A stretch of DNA of 64,000 nucleotides from Lytechinus pictus (GCF_037042905.1 NC_087251.1:47928001-47992000); one strand, 5' to 3'; shown: positions 39,310-52,808, counted from the stretch's first letter. The notes: a model not told the origin generated them from the sequence alone. Made by a program: numbers and translations.

Positions 39310-40925
39310 AGTGAGTACACAGTGTGTTTGATGTGCAATTTGCCATGTTTACTCAACTAATCTACATGTAATCCTATTCTAGTTCTACAGTGATGACCTA
39401 ATATAAGGCAGCATTTTCTTCAATGTTTTCTTTCGTGTTCTGTATTCCTCATATTCTTCATCCTCTTGCACAAAATTTCTACACTTGTTTACGACTGGTC
39501 CACAATCTGATTTTGCAACAAATTGCATTTTGCTAATTTTAGAAAAAGGGGGGAAAGAGCACTTAAACTATAAAAAAAAAGAAAAAGGGGAAAAGCAAAG
39601 TTTTTAACTTTTTATTTGAGGTTAAGATAATAAGCATTCTAGATATAACAATTTTGGATGATTCCACAATTTTCTTTTGGAGTAAAGGCCAAATCAGTTT
39701 CAATTCAAATCTTAGCCAATCATATCATTTTTAGATGTCATGAATAGATATTGAATTGGCTTTTATTCTAATATAAGGCTGATAGCATAGTCACATATTT
39801 GAACGTATACATGTATGTATTCAACTTTTCTTTTTATATAGTAAGATATTCCATCAATATTGGCATGCCATGTAGATTCTCCCATTGGCAATGCGACCAA
39901 GATCTGTGATGTCTCACACGTACAACTCCCTCATTACTTTAGTACTTATTTCACTTATATTCTCACTTTTATAGAGTCTATCACAAGGTGAGGTGTTCTC
40001 TTTATGAGAGGACAAGTACAGAGGTTTCACAACATTATATCATTGATGAATCGTTTGCCATATGATTAGAATGAGCAAAAAGAGATGTTTTGGGGTATAT
40101 TTTCAGTGTCCAAAAGGGGAGAGTTGTTCATCTGTGACATCATAGATCTTGGTCGCATTGCCAATGGGAGGATATCCATAGCATTAGTGATCTCGACATT
40201 CAATTGCTCATAACTCTTCTATTGCTAGTCCTATTTTACTCGAACTTTTGTTGATCTTATTCTTTGATTTTTCTGCTTTCACAAAAGCTAACTTGCTCCA
40301 AGAGTTTCATTCTCCTTTAATGACACTTATTCAGCCATTTCATTTTATTTAATAGCAATTCTATAACCATCTATTCTATTATTCTGCTGTTATCCAAAAT
40401 GACAAAATACTGTAATCCACGCGCCAATTTGCCCATTTCAGGTCCATTTCCATACCATTTTGTATTCTTCCATACTTGTACACAATGCTTGGTTATCCTC
40501 CAGTATAGTCTTGGAAATTAAGTGCTATAGATTGTTAATGAGTGGCTCTTTCATATAGATGTACATGTAGGTGCCCATTATTAAAATGTCATCAGCTCTA
40601 AAATCCAAACCCAAAAGAGTCTCTGAAACTCGGATACAGAAGGCGATTTTTCCAAAACACTGTATAGGAGGTCAGAAGTGAGAATATTTTCATCTCTCAA
40701 TCAAAATCCAATCATTATAGATTGCCCAACCTAATTTCTTCCTACTTATTTTCTTTGAAATCATGTTGACATTATCCAATTAAAATTGGAACTCTTTATA
40801 GTTTCTTACTTCATGCATTCCTTCATGTTCATATGTGTTACTGTCATCATTTTTTTTGTTCATAAAAATCAATCATGGTTTTCAATTTTATTCATATAAA
40901 ACTAAGTATTATCTGTGATGTCTAT

Positions 40926-41247
40926 TACCGTGTTTACACTTAATCGGCAATTGGTTCTGAACCAAATGCCGATGCAGAATCGGCATTTGGATTGCGTTTA
41001 CACGTTGTTACAGCTCGCGGTTCAGAACCGCGAGCCGATGCAAAAACCTGAAATGATACGCACACCAACAATATACGTCATAATAAAGACAACGCTGGAT
41101 CAGTGCGCTTACAATTACGTCACAATGGTAAAGTAATTGAAATGCGCACAAATTGCCGGTGCAGAATCGGCTTTCTGTTTACACGTAGTAAAAAAGCCGA
41201 TTATGCATCGGCTCGCGGTTCTGAACCGATTAAGTGTAAACACGGTA
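40926..41247. mobile_element. Harbinger-like MITE
   Basis: TACCGTGTTTACACTTAATCGG perfect TIR; 3-bp TSD TAT. Confidence 0.88.
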
Positions 41248-41883
41248 TATGTTCACTTTTTATTGCACCTGAATATACTTTGTATGCACTGATATTTATT
41301 GCAGGAATCAATTCAATGAAGGGAAATGACAGGGTGAAAATTAACTCATTTCATGACATTTTTAATATGTACATGTTCATGTTCTTGCAAATTAATACTT
41401 GTACCATGAGTTAAATAGCTCTGATAACAAAATTATTATTATCAAGTATCACTTATCAGGTAAGCAGTACAAATGTCAACAAGTACATGTATATGGAATT
41501 GGCATGATGTCAAATGTTGAAGATAATGATTTCTTTTGCTTATTAATCCAATCAGGAAATTTTGATTTGACGACTTTGGACAACTGTAAAAGCTTTCTGC
41601 TTTATAAAAGGTTAGAAATGAGAAAGATGTGAGCTTTAAATTTACATTCTTTAGAATGGGGAGAATATTATCATAAAGCAGCAGTCAACTGCAAAGCATT
41701 TTTCTTCCCATTCAACAGAAAATTATAGATAATTTTCAGGTACATATGAAGTTAGGACACCCGTGCTAGAATTATTTATGGTCCAACAAAATTAATTTAA
41801 CTACTGTATGTTTCATTTTTTATAATCCTTATGTCAATCTCAATGGATAAGTGTCATATATAACATTTTTTTTTACATTTTAG

Positions 41884-42029
41884 AGCTACGGGTAAAACTC
41901 ATCGTGCAATAAACATTGGGTCGTACAACTATCTCGGCTTTGCTGAACAAGATGGTCCGGGAATGGAGTCTGTGAAGAACTCAACCTGCTTTTATGGGAG
42001 TGGGGTTTGCAGTACCCGCCAAGAGTTAG
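41884..42029 (+). CDS. SPTLC2: SPT2 exon 4 (ATGKTHRAINIGSYNYLGFAE...GVCSTRQEL)
   Basis: ttttAG / GTGAAT, 146 nt, phase 2/1; hallmark NxGSYNYLGF motif. Confidence 0.97.
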
Positions 42030-42659
42030 GTGAATAAATTATACAAAGAGCTCAATCCCTTGAATGTGATTAGTTGGTATGTGAATCAAACAATCCTTAT
42101 TTTTAATGTGTATATTATGAAGCGAAGCATATTTTACATACTGTACTAAATTTTGTAGTTAAACTACCACCACAAAAAAAATATTGCATTTTATTCATTA
42201 TTTGGTGGCTGTTAAAAAGAAATTGAACAGGTTGCAATTGGAAAGATATTTTTTTTTTAAGTTCTGTATTGTAGTTCAAATTTCCCGTGAAGGAGGTTTA
42301 GTTCAGACAGTCCAAGTGATTATATAATGGGATATTAATGTTTGTCCAAATTTACCCCAAAACCTGGGGGTCGCTTTGGACAAACTTTGAGTTTGACCCA
42401 CCCCAAAAAAAATGAATAAAAAAATAATAAAAATGCTGGCCCAAGAAGTCTATATAAGAGGATGTCCGCCTCTCTAGGTGGTTTCAAACCGCCTCGATCA
42501 CAAGAATCCCTGTTAAATTACGAGAAAATTTTCAGGCAAAAAAATTGATTAATTATTTCCGCATTCGCATTGACAATGCCCCGAATGATACCCTTTGGAA
42601 TAAGTTCCTGAAGTCATGGGCATGCGCAGTGTGGTCTGATAGCGAGCAAGGCGCGAGAT

Positions 42660-43039
42660 CCCTGAATATCCTGTGCGTGTTTCAGGTCACATGACCAAGA
42701 TCAAAGGTCATTTAAGGTCAATGAACTTTGACCATGCTGGGGGGTATCTGTTGCATTGGCATCATAACAATAAAAAGTGTATGGAGTTACACATGTACAT
42801 GTAGTTTATGAAACACAGACATAAGGGTAATCGAGTATGAATGATTGTTTTGCACACATCTTAGGTCACATGATCATGATCAAAGGTCATGTTGGGTCAA
42901 TGGACATATGGTAGTATTTTATTATCATATGAGTGCTTTCTTTTTTTAATAATTATAAAATAGCTGTTTTCAAAGTTAGCACTGCTGCTATATTGAATCA
43001 CGTAATGCAGGCAAGACTGCCAGAGGTGTTCCACTTGTT
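42660..43039 (+). mobile_element. 3' fragment of the HINE family, fused to a MITE fragment
   Basis: One core unit plus the GTTAGCACTGCTGCTATATT...GCAGGCAAGACTGCCAGAGG..TTCCACTTGTT end, as in 32530-32592. Confidence 0.8.
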
Positions 43040-43134
43040 ACAATAAACTTTTTATCAGGGTGAACTTCCTATTTAATGTGAAAATGGCAGACTATGAATA
43101 TTGATGTGGCTTATAGGTGCCATTAGATGGTTAC

Positions 43135-44032
43135 CGGGGGGGGGGGGGGGGGGACGTCTTACAAAGAGTTATGATTGATCCAATCAACCACTACTACTGT
43201 ATGGAAAGCCATCAACATCCAAATTACAGGTTTGCTTAAAATATTTTCTATATATGATGTACAGTACTGTCTGACCTCCGGACACGTTTGGACCAGCACC
43301 AATCCCGATATTAAAGGGATTTATCCGGATCTGGGAGACCCAATATTATTTGTTAATATACGCAGCTCCGCCTCCCCAGTGGTAGCAACAGGTAATCTAT
43401 TGTAGTGGCCGTACACAGAGTGTATTCACTGCAGTGTCAGGGCAAATCGATTGGTTGCCAAAACTCTTGGATGATTTACCTGCTGAAATGATTAAGGAGT
43501 ACATCAAGCATACCTCGAAAGAAAGAGAATGACTCGATGAAACCAAGTTTGAAAATTGGATCATCGCGGCGGGCATCGTTGCTTCGCAAAGTGGGCTATT
43601 ATTAGACTGTAGGCTCAAACATGATAGATGGCACTGTCCGTATCAAGGCCTAGCGCCCCCCCCCAAAAAAAAAAAAAAGAATGTGATAAAATGGTTGTCC
43701 TATGCCCTGATATACTCAAAAATTATCCAAAGTTCTTTCAGTGAGTTGGGTAAGATATTTTCTTAAAAAATAATGTGGTTGTAGGTAGACTATATTGGAA
43801 AATGTATGTAATCAAACTGAGTTTGTGTAGGAATTTTGATTTTAGATTGAATTCCCCATGTACTAGATTGAACAAAAAAGATCTTGGCAAGTGTGCGTCT
43901 GTATCATAGAAAGATCTGAATAAGGGGAGGCCGGATAAGAGAGGTCGAACTGTATATTCATAATGACATTGATGGATTTCCCTATACTTGATGTTGATCG
44001 GATCAGTCGTAACTTTTTGTAAGACAGGGCCC
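43135..44032. mobile_element. GGGCCCCGTCTTACAAAGAG-family MITE hosting a nested element
   Basis: CGTCTTACAAAGAGTT ... AACTTTTTGTAAGACAGGGCCC; the halves rejoin to match the copies at 24339 and 55112. Confidence 0.75.
43262..43952. mobile_element. Tc1/pogo (Tigger-like) non-autonomous element
   Basis: TA|CAGT ... ACTG|TA with imperfect GACCTC..TCCGG TIRs; interrupts the host MITE at a TA. Confidence 0.75.
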
Positions 44033-44748
44033 AGGTTTAAAAGCTTGAATGTTTTTTAGTCTCTAGAATTCTCGAAGGGGCCTGACAATGGAGATTAATG
44101 CCTGTCCATTGCATACCCTACTTGTAGATTGTTATTGTGGTGCAGTGTACGATAAATACTTCGCAACCCAAGGTTTTCGAAAGGCGGGATTATTTCATTA
44201 ATAAATAAGAATTTTTGAATAGATGGATTTTCATTGAAACCCAGGCAATGATACACAAGATTATTGTGGGTCAGGGAATTAAAAAAATATCAATACTTTG
44301 ATTACCTGTTCCCAAGGTCCTTGTAATAGAAATGGGTGCATCTGCCAAGCCTATAGCTGTAGCCCCTTGATGTATTGTACATACGTATATGTAAAGTTGC
44401 ATAACTCGTTTTTTATCCATTGGTGGTCATGAGATGGACAATATTAATGCTTCACAGGTCACAGCTTTTCAAATATGTGGGATTTATTTTTACTGATCAA
44501 TAAGAACTGTTGGATGGAGATATAATAGACTTTCATTCAAACCAAGGTTGATGTGGGGGTAGAGGGTTGTGAAATACTTCAATGGTCACTTCTTTTCAAA
44601 AGGTGGGGTTTGTTATTATCGATGGCAACTTTTGAAAAGAGAGATTAGACATTACATCAAACCAAGGCTACGAGACAACCGCTTTTCTGAATGAGCTTTT
44701 ATGCTTCCTTTCATGATATTATATGAATATTTATTTATTTCTATCCAG

Positions 44749-44873
44749 GTAATCTAGCCATTCACAAAGAGTTGGAGACTTGCATCGCTGAGTTCTGCGG
44801 GCAAGAGGATGCCATAACCTATGGGATGGGGTTTGCCACAAATGCTCTTAATATTCCTACACTTATGGGAAAG
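44749..44873 (+). CDS. SPTLC2: SPT2 exon 5 ([10 protein letters not shown]...[17 protein letters not shown])
   Basis: atccAG / GTAATT, 125 nt, phase 1/0; GMGFATN motif. Confidence 0.97.
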
Positions 44874-45300
44874 GTAATTAACAGGATCAAAAAACAAAAT
44901 ATGCCCTATAATGTTTATATTTACATGGGGTAAACCCATTAAGTGTACTATGAATTTGGTCTAATTGCCATTTGGTCTACTTTACACTTGGTCTAATTAC
45001 CCATTTAGTCCATTCCTTGCTTAGTGTCATACCCAGTTGGTCTAATTTCCCTTTTGTCTACATACCATTCTTTATTTACTTTATCATATGAAAATATTTT
45101 TAGACAGTTAATCTAACCATATAGACTAAATGGTGTAAAAGCAAGTGGAAATTTAATAGACAAAATGGATATAACCTAACTGGAAACTAGACAAACTGAT
45201 AAATGGGCTAAAATGGCAATCACTGGTAGTGGATTAAGAAGGACTAGACCATATGGGATGAGACCACAATGGAAAGTAGACGTAGTTTAATCAACAATTT

Positions 45301-45360
45301 AATGTATATGTATAATGTATATGTATAATGTATATGTATAATGTATATGTATAATGTATA
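45301..45360. repeat. 13-bp minisatellite (AATGTATATGTAT)n
   Basis: About 4.5 perfect copies. Confidence 0.9.
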
Positions 45361-45963
45361 ATAATCATAATAATGGTATCCTGCGTCATCTGTTGAGTTG
45401 GCCTCGCCTCATCTCATTATGTATAATGTATATGTATATATATATATATCACTAAATCAATTTGGACTCACTCATACAAATAACCACCCAAGGTCGTTAA
45501 TGTATTGATAACAAGAAATGTGCCAAGTGATGAAAATGAGAAATTGCTCAGTTTTAAGATTTTGAGACACGACAGTCTACAAGTTAAGCGGCCTATTTCC
45601 AATAATTGATTCATGTGCCCGCATGTGCTTCTCTGTGTTTGCAAGTTTTAGCATACTTGGCTTTCAGCTATGTCACATTCTGACCATGTCACATTCTGAC
45701 CTGCTTACCCTAAATCAGAATCTACATGCATACAAAGATCTTTGTGATCTGGTAATACACACTGATTTGTAGACACACTGCCATTATTGCCATATAGATA
45801 TTTCTTGAAGTTATTGTCCCCAACAAGTATTGCAGTGTAGTTTTTAAATCATAATACACATATACCATATTTGAGAAATATACCCATCTGGCTTTCAAAT
45901 ATATTGAATCATGGCAAATGAAGAGTTTGATTATATTACTTTTGTTTTGTTTTTTCTCTCCAG

Positions 45964-46057
45964 GGTTGTTTGGTTGTCAGTGATAGACTAAACCATGCAT
46001 CTCTTGTACTGGGAATCAGACTGTCGGGCGCTTCTGTCAAAGTTTTTGAACATAACA
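45964..46057 (+). CDS. SPTLC2: SPT2 exon 6 ([31 protein letters not shown])
   Basis: ctccAG / GTAAGT, 94 nt, phase 0/1; SDxLNHASL motif. Confidence 0.97.
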
Positions 46058-46599
46058 GTAAGTATTTTTAAAGGCCTTAAAATGAAATAATTCTATGTGC
46101 GTGGATTCTCTTTTTCCAATTCAAAACCAAAAGCTTATGTAAGCTGTAAAGCAATCATTTCTGTTTGTTGTTTCTGGTCTCTGGTCCATAGATCTGGGGA
46201 ACTTTTCATCAAGTTTTATTTCGTCCAACAAGTTTTCAGATCAGACCACTTTCTTTGATTTTTGTTGGCTGAGAGGCACTGTTACTATGGTAACTGTTGA
46301 GACTTTTTTAGATAAAGTCAAATAAAACGTCTTATGCGTTTGTCTCTTACCTCATACCGTAGAGAAATCAACAAAGACAGTGACTTGCTTAAACATGCTA
46401 TCAAGCTGAAGGAACTATGCGGTGTCACACAGTATCATTCCATTAGGCGAATGACACACATCAAGAGCAGTGAATACTCTGAGTGTCTCTGCCTTTATAA
46501 GCATTGAAAACTGGTATCCTTGCTTCCCAAAGGTTCTGGCAGGAGGAACTCTCATACTATTGATACTGATACAAAGAGGATTATCATTACCATTCCTGA

Positions 46600-48650
46600 G
46601 AATCTTAGAATGTAAAATCAACGTGCTCTTCTCTTCACAGGCCTCACTTTTGTTTCCCAACGAAGGAATGCTGATGAATTTCAACTCTGTTGTGATTTTG
46701 AAATCTACGCTCGACGTTTGCGTTTAAAGGCACAGTTTTATGCTCGAAGGGAGGTTGTTGAGTCTAGTTCTGATACAGAAGATGACAACATCCATTCCAG
46801 AGGTGAAGTTCAGGAGTCTACTGAGCCACCCATTCCTTTTGAGCAGTTGCAACCTCGCCAGTCAGGATAGAATCGCCCTGAAGGAGAATTTCCCAACCTC
46901 GCACTGTACGTCGACACATGTCGCCATGATCTCAACTCAATCATCACTATTAATGAAGTAGCGGTTTCCTCTGACATCAGCTCTTCAGAGAAGGCTGCAA
47001 TCAACACTCTTCGCCACAAAGAGGATTTCGTTATTAATCCGGCCAATAAGGGAGGTGCTATCATTCTTTGGAAACGCGATTTGTACATCAAAGAAGGTCT
47101 GAGGCAACTAAGAGATTCCAATTTCTATAAAAAGATAGATGATGATCCAACTGATAACCATCAACGTGATGTGAAAGAAACTGTCGCTGCTCTTATTGAC
47201 AGCCAAAGACTACCGTAGGATGCAATGCATCTCCTCCAGAAGAATCCTAAATCTGCTATCTTCTATATGCTTCCCAAGATACACGAGATAGGGAGTCCTG
47301 GCCATCTGATTGTCTCTACGATAAACTGTCCCACTGAGCTCATCAGTGAGTATCTGGACAGCATCCTCTCTCCTGTTGTGAAGGGACTTCCGAATCCCGA
47401 CCTATGTACATGACTCATCTGAGATGATTTGGGTACTTGAGACAATCACTCTACCAGAAAATGAAGAGAAGTTTCTGTCCACCATCGTCCCCCAATCAGA
47501 TGACCTCAATGTTATTCGTTACTTTTCTACGTAGTCATCAATCTGATAACACACCTGACAATGACACTATATTACGCTTGACTGACCTTGTTCTCACATG
47601 TTCGGCATTCAGAAAATACTACAAACAGAAGAAGGGCATGAAGATGGGTACTAAGATGAGACCATCTCATTCTTGCCTCATGGGATTCAACAAAAGCAGG
47701 TTCTTGTCTAATTAGGAATGGTCCAAACCACTGCTTCTATGGAGATAGATTGATGATTATCTTGGAATTGCTGCATGTTCCAAGGATGAAATTATAGAAT
47801 AGATTGACCAACTTAGCAATATGCATTTATTGGTTCAGCTTCCCAACAAAGTGTCATACATCAGCATGGCCTTCCGTCACCATCAAAGGCTCGGGTATCA
47901 ACACGTCGGTGCATTACTAGCCTTCAGATTCCTGTGCTTACCTCAACTACTCATCTTCCCATCCACCTGCTTGCAAGAAATCCATTCCCATCTCTAAACT
48001 TTCTCGCATCCGTTATGCAGCAGATTAGCTTTGCATCCCTCTCCCTATCTCTATTTTTCTTTCTATATTCTAGGCAGTTGTCATCGTACTATTGTCCACC
48101 CTCATGTACCGTCCTGTGTTGTGTTGTGTCGTGTTATTGTCTTTTGTCTCTGAATTTCACAATCCTGTGTATAAGATTTTTTTTGCCCCTTTCGTTATCT
48201 TCATGTATTCCTTTACGTATATTTCAATATTTTTTCTATCCTAAGTTTTTGAGGGGTTCACATTTTACAAGCTTTGCTTTTCAGTGGACCCCTCCATTCT
48301 TCTCATGATATATGATTATATTGATTTAATTATATTTAATTATATTGATTATATTGATTTAAATTTGACATGCATGTTAATTTATATTTGAATCACTTAT
48401 TGAATATGTATATTATTTATTCAATGTTGAATTTTGTTCATGCTTTTATTTGAATTGAATTGATTTATCATGTAATTATTTATATTATGTTGAAGAATGA
48501 AAATAAATTGAATTGAATTGAATTGAATTTGTTCAGAGGAAGATGACAACAACCAACGAGCAGATGAAATGCAACATTTCTTCAAACAACAATTGTACCC
48601 GGACAAGATCCTTGCCAAGATGGTTAAGTCATCCAATTTTCTTTGACCAA
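46600..48650 (+). mobile_element. Decayed Penelope-like retroelement RT, interrupted by a LINE tail
   Basis: FVINPANKGGAIILWKRDLY (KPADKG motif), [19 protein letters not shown].., R*IDDY; multiple stops and frameshifts. Confidence 0.8.
48030..48530 (+). mobile_element. Probable 3' tail of an L2/CR1-type retroelement
   Basis: T-rich UTR-like stretch ending AATAAA(TTGAA)n, inserted within the Penelope-like sequence. Confidence 0.5.
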
Positions 48651-48969
48651 AGAAGCAGAATAAAACGTCACATAGGATTCTGTTAGCATCTTACTAGTGA
48701 ATGTCTGGCCAAGTCAGTTAGGGATAATTTTCATATCTAAATTGAGCATCCTACTACAAAGGAAATTTTCTCTGACCTCGTTCCTGAAGGACAGGAAACT
48801 CTGCCAGCTTCTTGTGAAATCCGACTCGAACTTAACCGATTGACTACTAAATTCTGTAATCCCCATATATAGGCTCTGTACAAGGACTATGTTTCCTGTA
48901 GCCAAATGGTTAAATGGTCTATCCTGCTTTTCATTGCATTTTGGATTATTTGAATTTAATTTTCTACAG

Positions 48970-49075
48970 ATATGGAAAGCTTAGAGAAGTTGTTGAAGAA
49001 AGCCATCATTGAGGGTCAACCAAGGACACAAAGGCCATGGAAGAAAATTCTCATCGTAGTTGAAGGAATTTATAG
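48970..49075 (+). CDS. SPTLC2: SPT2 exon 7 ([36 protein letters not shown])
   Basis: ctacAG / GTAAGT, 106 nt, phase 1/2. Confidence 0.97.
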
Positions 49076-49744
49076 GTAAGTCCTTTTCTTCTGAAATAAA
49101 AACCTTTCTAAATTTTTCAGAGAATGAATACCACTTGAACTTAAAAATAGCTTCAGGGATTTTTTTTGGTATATTGTTATATTGTGTAATCCAATGCTCA
49201 GTTAAATCTATGTCGTCTCTCCATTGACATTTTTTTTTCTTCAAATGGTACATAATTAATATTTTTTATGATTTTATCTGGCTAATATTTTCAGTCACAT
49301 CCACTCTCTTTAATCAGTCATTGGTCTACTGGAAGATGGCATGACCCACAAACTTTTTCAGACTAATCACTTCTACAAATATTATTCAATTTAAAGAAAC
49401 ATCATTTTCTTCCATAATGTTAGAGGCTTGTAGCAGTCAAAATTTCCCCAAAATGTTAAGTGAAAAATGACAAAGCAAGTGTGCAAAAGGTATTTATGGT
49501 ACAAGGATGGATCAAATATCAAATGAAAACTCAAATTTTAATTAATTAAACTGAAAATGTCCCCCAATTGTCTTAGGATCTTGAGTAACTGGGTATGACC
49601 AGGAACACCAAAAGAATAAGAACAAAATAGAATAGGCACTTAGACTCACAAAACAAGGTTTGATTTTTGTTTTGCATGACTGGCTATATGAAATATGAAT
49701 TTGAATTTGAAGTAGTATTAATTTCATTGATTTTGCATGATCAG

Positions 49745-49964
49745 TATGGAAGGGTCTATCGTGAGACTCCCGGAACTGATAGCATTGAAGAAGAAATACA
49801 AATGCTATCTTTACCTTGATGAGGCGCACAGCATCGGGGCCATCGGGCCGACCGGCCGCGGGGTGGTGGAATACTTTGGTTTGAATCCCAGGGACGTCGA
49901 CATCATGATGGGTACATTCACCAAGAGCTTTGGTGCTGCCGGTGGCTACATCGCGGGGTCAAAG
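49745..49964 (+). CDS. SPTLC2: SPT2 exon 8 with DEAHS and the PLP-binding GTFTKSFG
   Basis: atcAG / GTGAGA, 220 nt, phase 2/0; catalytic Lys codon at 49923-49925. Confidence 0.98.
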
Positions 49965-50426
49965 GTGAGATTGATGATAGGACTTCAGTAATGACATTGG
50001 TCAAGGTTTACCTGTGAAAGAAATGCAAGTGGTGGTATGTTAAAAGGAAGCTGCACTTTAAATAGCTATCCGTCTGTTCAAAGTTGATCACATAAAAATA
50101 AACAGATGATTAAGTGCAGACTCACAAATTACTTTTCATTTTTACTGGACCTTGAGTTGGTAACAAGGAAACAATGACAAGCTGGCTCCAAATTATATTT
50201 AAATAGCAACTGAAATACTCGTTCTTCTGTGATAATTTTTGCATGGAAAAATAATAAAATAACATGGAAACAATGAAAAACTAGATCCAATTTAATAGCA
50301 AGCAAAATACTCAGAATTCATTTGTGATACTTTTTGAAAGTGAAATGAAATAGAGAATGTAAACACACCGTACCTCATGTTCATCAAAACTCTTTCTTTA
50401 AATATTATTTTTGGTTCTTGGTGCAG

Positions 50427-50553
50427 GAGTTGATAGATCACCTTCGGATCCACTCACACAGTTCAGCCTACTCCAGCTCCACCCCAGCTCCTGTGGTAGA
50501 ACAGGTCCTTAGGACGGTCAAGATCATCATGCAAGAAGATGGGTCCACAGAAG
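50427..50553 (+). CDS. SPTLC2: SPT2 exon 9 (ELIDHLRIHSHS...IMQEDGSTE)
   Basis: gtgcAG / GTAATA, 127 nt, phase 0/1. Confidence 0.96.
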
Positions 50554-50682
50554 GTAATATCATGCAAATAATGCACAGGGGACCGTACACATAAAGCTTA
50601 GCAATAATCGTAGTACAATGTTCTACAATTGATTACAACAATGTGCAGTCAAGTGTACGATTCATCGCTAATGTTACGGAAC

Positions 50683-50834
50683 CCAGGTGGGTGTTTCACA
50701 AAGCTGTTCGTAAGTCAGGAGCGACTTAAAGAACGACTGGTGATTCTGGTATATTCATTGGCGATGGTTAAGCACGTAAGAAGGTTCACCAGTCGCTCTT
50801 AACTTACGAACAGCTTGATGAAACGGCCCCCAGG
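50683..50834. mobile_element. Short palindromic MITE
   Basis: GTTTCACAAAGCTGTTCGTAAGT / ACTTACGAACAGCTTGATGAAAC; related to 62674-62860. Confidence 0.7.
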
Positions 50835-51749
50835 TGTGATTGTGTTAGTGGAAATGCAGTGCACTTGAAGTTTCTTGAGATATGTGCCGCAATGAATGTG
50901 CACTTTGTGAAGAAGCTGAACATTTACTGCATTTTCTGTTACACATGACCGAGCAAGTGCCTTACTTGTTTTATAATGAAGTGGCACAGAAAACAGTACA
51001 TTTTTGGTGCTCTCCTACTCTGTCTTGATGGCACTTGGAGCATGCAATGTCAATGTCACACCTTTTTATACTACAGTGCATTTTACATGTGACGCATTTT
51101 GACCAATTTGGAGTCTCGAGAACTTTCTCAGATGTTTATACAAAAGTGACGATAGTTGAAGTGGATCTTTTTTAAACGTAGAATTTGCAGTAGGCAGGGC
51201 CAACAGAAGCATAGATGGTACATGTAGACAAATCAGGCCTCTGGCTCAGGTATTTTCTCATGTTTTTGTTCCATTTCTAGTGACTATGAAGTGGTATCTT
51301 TAGCTTTAACTTGTACATAATATAAGTATGGTTTTGGCCATGGATATGTTGAATAATAAGCCTGTGTTTGCACCTGTGAGTGTCTATGACCCCAGAGCTG
51401 GACGTTGACCCTGACCACAAGGGACGTTGCGCTTCATGTTCATGACGTGTGCTCAGAATTTTACTTTCAAATTGGTGGCAGGCAGGGAAAAAATATTACA
51501 TGGGGCTCGGGATTTTAAACTTTATCCAATGCTGCAGATCTACGCAGTAGGTAGTAAAAAGTAGCTGCTGAAAAAAAAAAAATTGCCTAATTGGAGTTAT
51601 GTACTCTTGTGAAATAATGTGATGATGTCTTGATAAGGAGATGGTTGTTGGTTTTCTTTTGTAAGTTACAATTAGGAGCCATGACAAAATGGAAACTTTG
51701 AAATCACTTGAACATAATTATAGAACATGTTTTTTTTCTCCTTTCACAG

Positions 51750-51885
51750 GTCAGAAGAGAATTCAAGCACTGCGAAGAAATACAAAGTATTTCAGGAGAC
51801 GCCTTCGTGAGCTGGGGTTCCTCACCTACGGGAATGTGGACTCTCCTGTTGTTCCAATGCTGCTCTACTACCCTTCAAAGCTGGC
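51750..51885 (+). CDS. SPTLC2: SPT2 exon 10 ([19 protein letters not shown]...[20 protein letters not shown])
   Basis: tcacAG / GTGAGT, 136 nt, phase 1/2. Confidence 0.97.
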
Positions 51886-52007
51886 GTGAGTTACTAGCTC
51901 ATTAGCAGAATAGAAATGTCTATTCCCAATTATATTTTAATCTTGAATCCCAGCCATTGTGTATTCCCTTCAGCGAGATTATTTACCCTATTTGTGCTGC
52001 TCTCAGC

Positions 52008-52417
52008 GGTTTTATTTCCAATTCGTCTCATGCCAATTCGTCCAATTGCCAACTCATCTACTATCATTTGGTCCACCATCAGTTCGTCCACTCACCACAT
52101 GGTCTACTTTCATTTAGTCCAATGCCATTCCGTCTAATAACCAGTTGGTCCAATAGCCAATTAGTCCATATACCATTTGTTCTAATTAAACAGAAATGTT
52201 AATTGTGCAAAATGAATGAAAAGAAAATGGATATCAGACCAACTGGTTATTAGACCAATTGGTTATTAGACGAACTGGTGATTAGGCGAAGGGATGATTG
52301 GACCAAATGCTTATTGGACCAAATGGTTGTTAGACGAAATGTTGACGGACGGAATGGCATTAGACTAAATGAAGGTAGACCATGTGGTGTGTGGACGAGT
52401 TAGCAGTGTAATTTACC
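52008..52417. mobile_element. MULE/foldback-like MITE with short internal repeats
   Basis: GGT...ACC ends; inverted arrays of TAGACCAAATGG-like units; 8-bp TSD ctctcagc/ctcccagc. A degraded relative lies at ~44927-45290. Confidence 0.65.
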
Positions 52418-52645
52418 CTCCCAGCCCAGGTAGGATTTACTCTTTGGTTGATTAATTCCACTAAGCGCTGGAATACAGCAGCTCGAGCTAAAGCCATTAT
52501 AATGATAATCGTGCGTCTCCAAATAGATTATATCTAGATATATGGCGCTGTATGAAACGATACCATTGCTCTCTCAACCAGTGTGGGGTTGTGAGATATG
52601 AAGAATAGTTTCATTATGTGTATGATTTGTTACCTTATTCCGTAG

Positions 52646-52775
52646 GGCGTTTGCCAGGGAGTGTCGTAAACGTGGTCTTGCCGTGGTCGTTGTAGGTTTT
52701 CCGGCTACGCCTATCATCGAGGGCAGGGCTAGGATTTGCCTTTCTGCCTCGCACACCATAGAAATGCTTGATGAG
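52646..52775 (+). CDS. SPTLC2: SPT2 exon 11 ([43 protein letters not shown])
   Basis: ccgtAG / GTGAGT, 130 nt, phase 2/0; PATP loop. Confidence 0.97.
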
Positions 52776-52808
52776 GTGAGTTGGCATATCATTTTTTAAT
52801 ATTTTCCA

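Noticed and set aside
49938..49940. Ala at the human S384-equivalent position (KSFGAAGG) as a novelty
   Set aside because: KSFGAAGG is, from memory, the common non-vertebrate state including yeast Lcb2.
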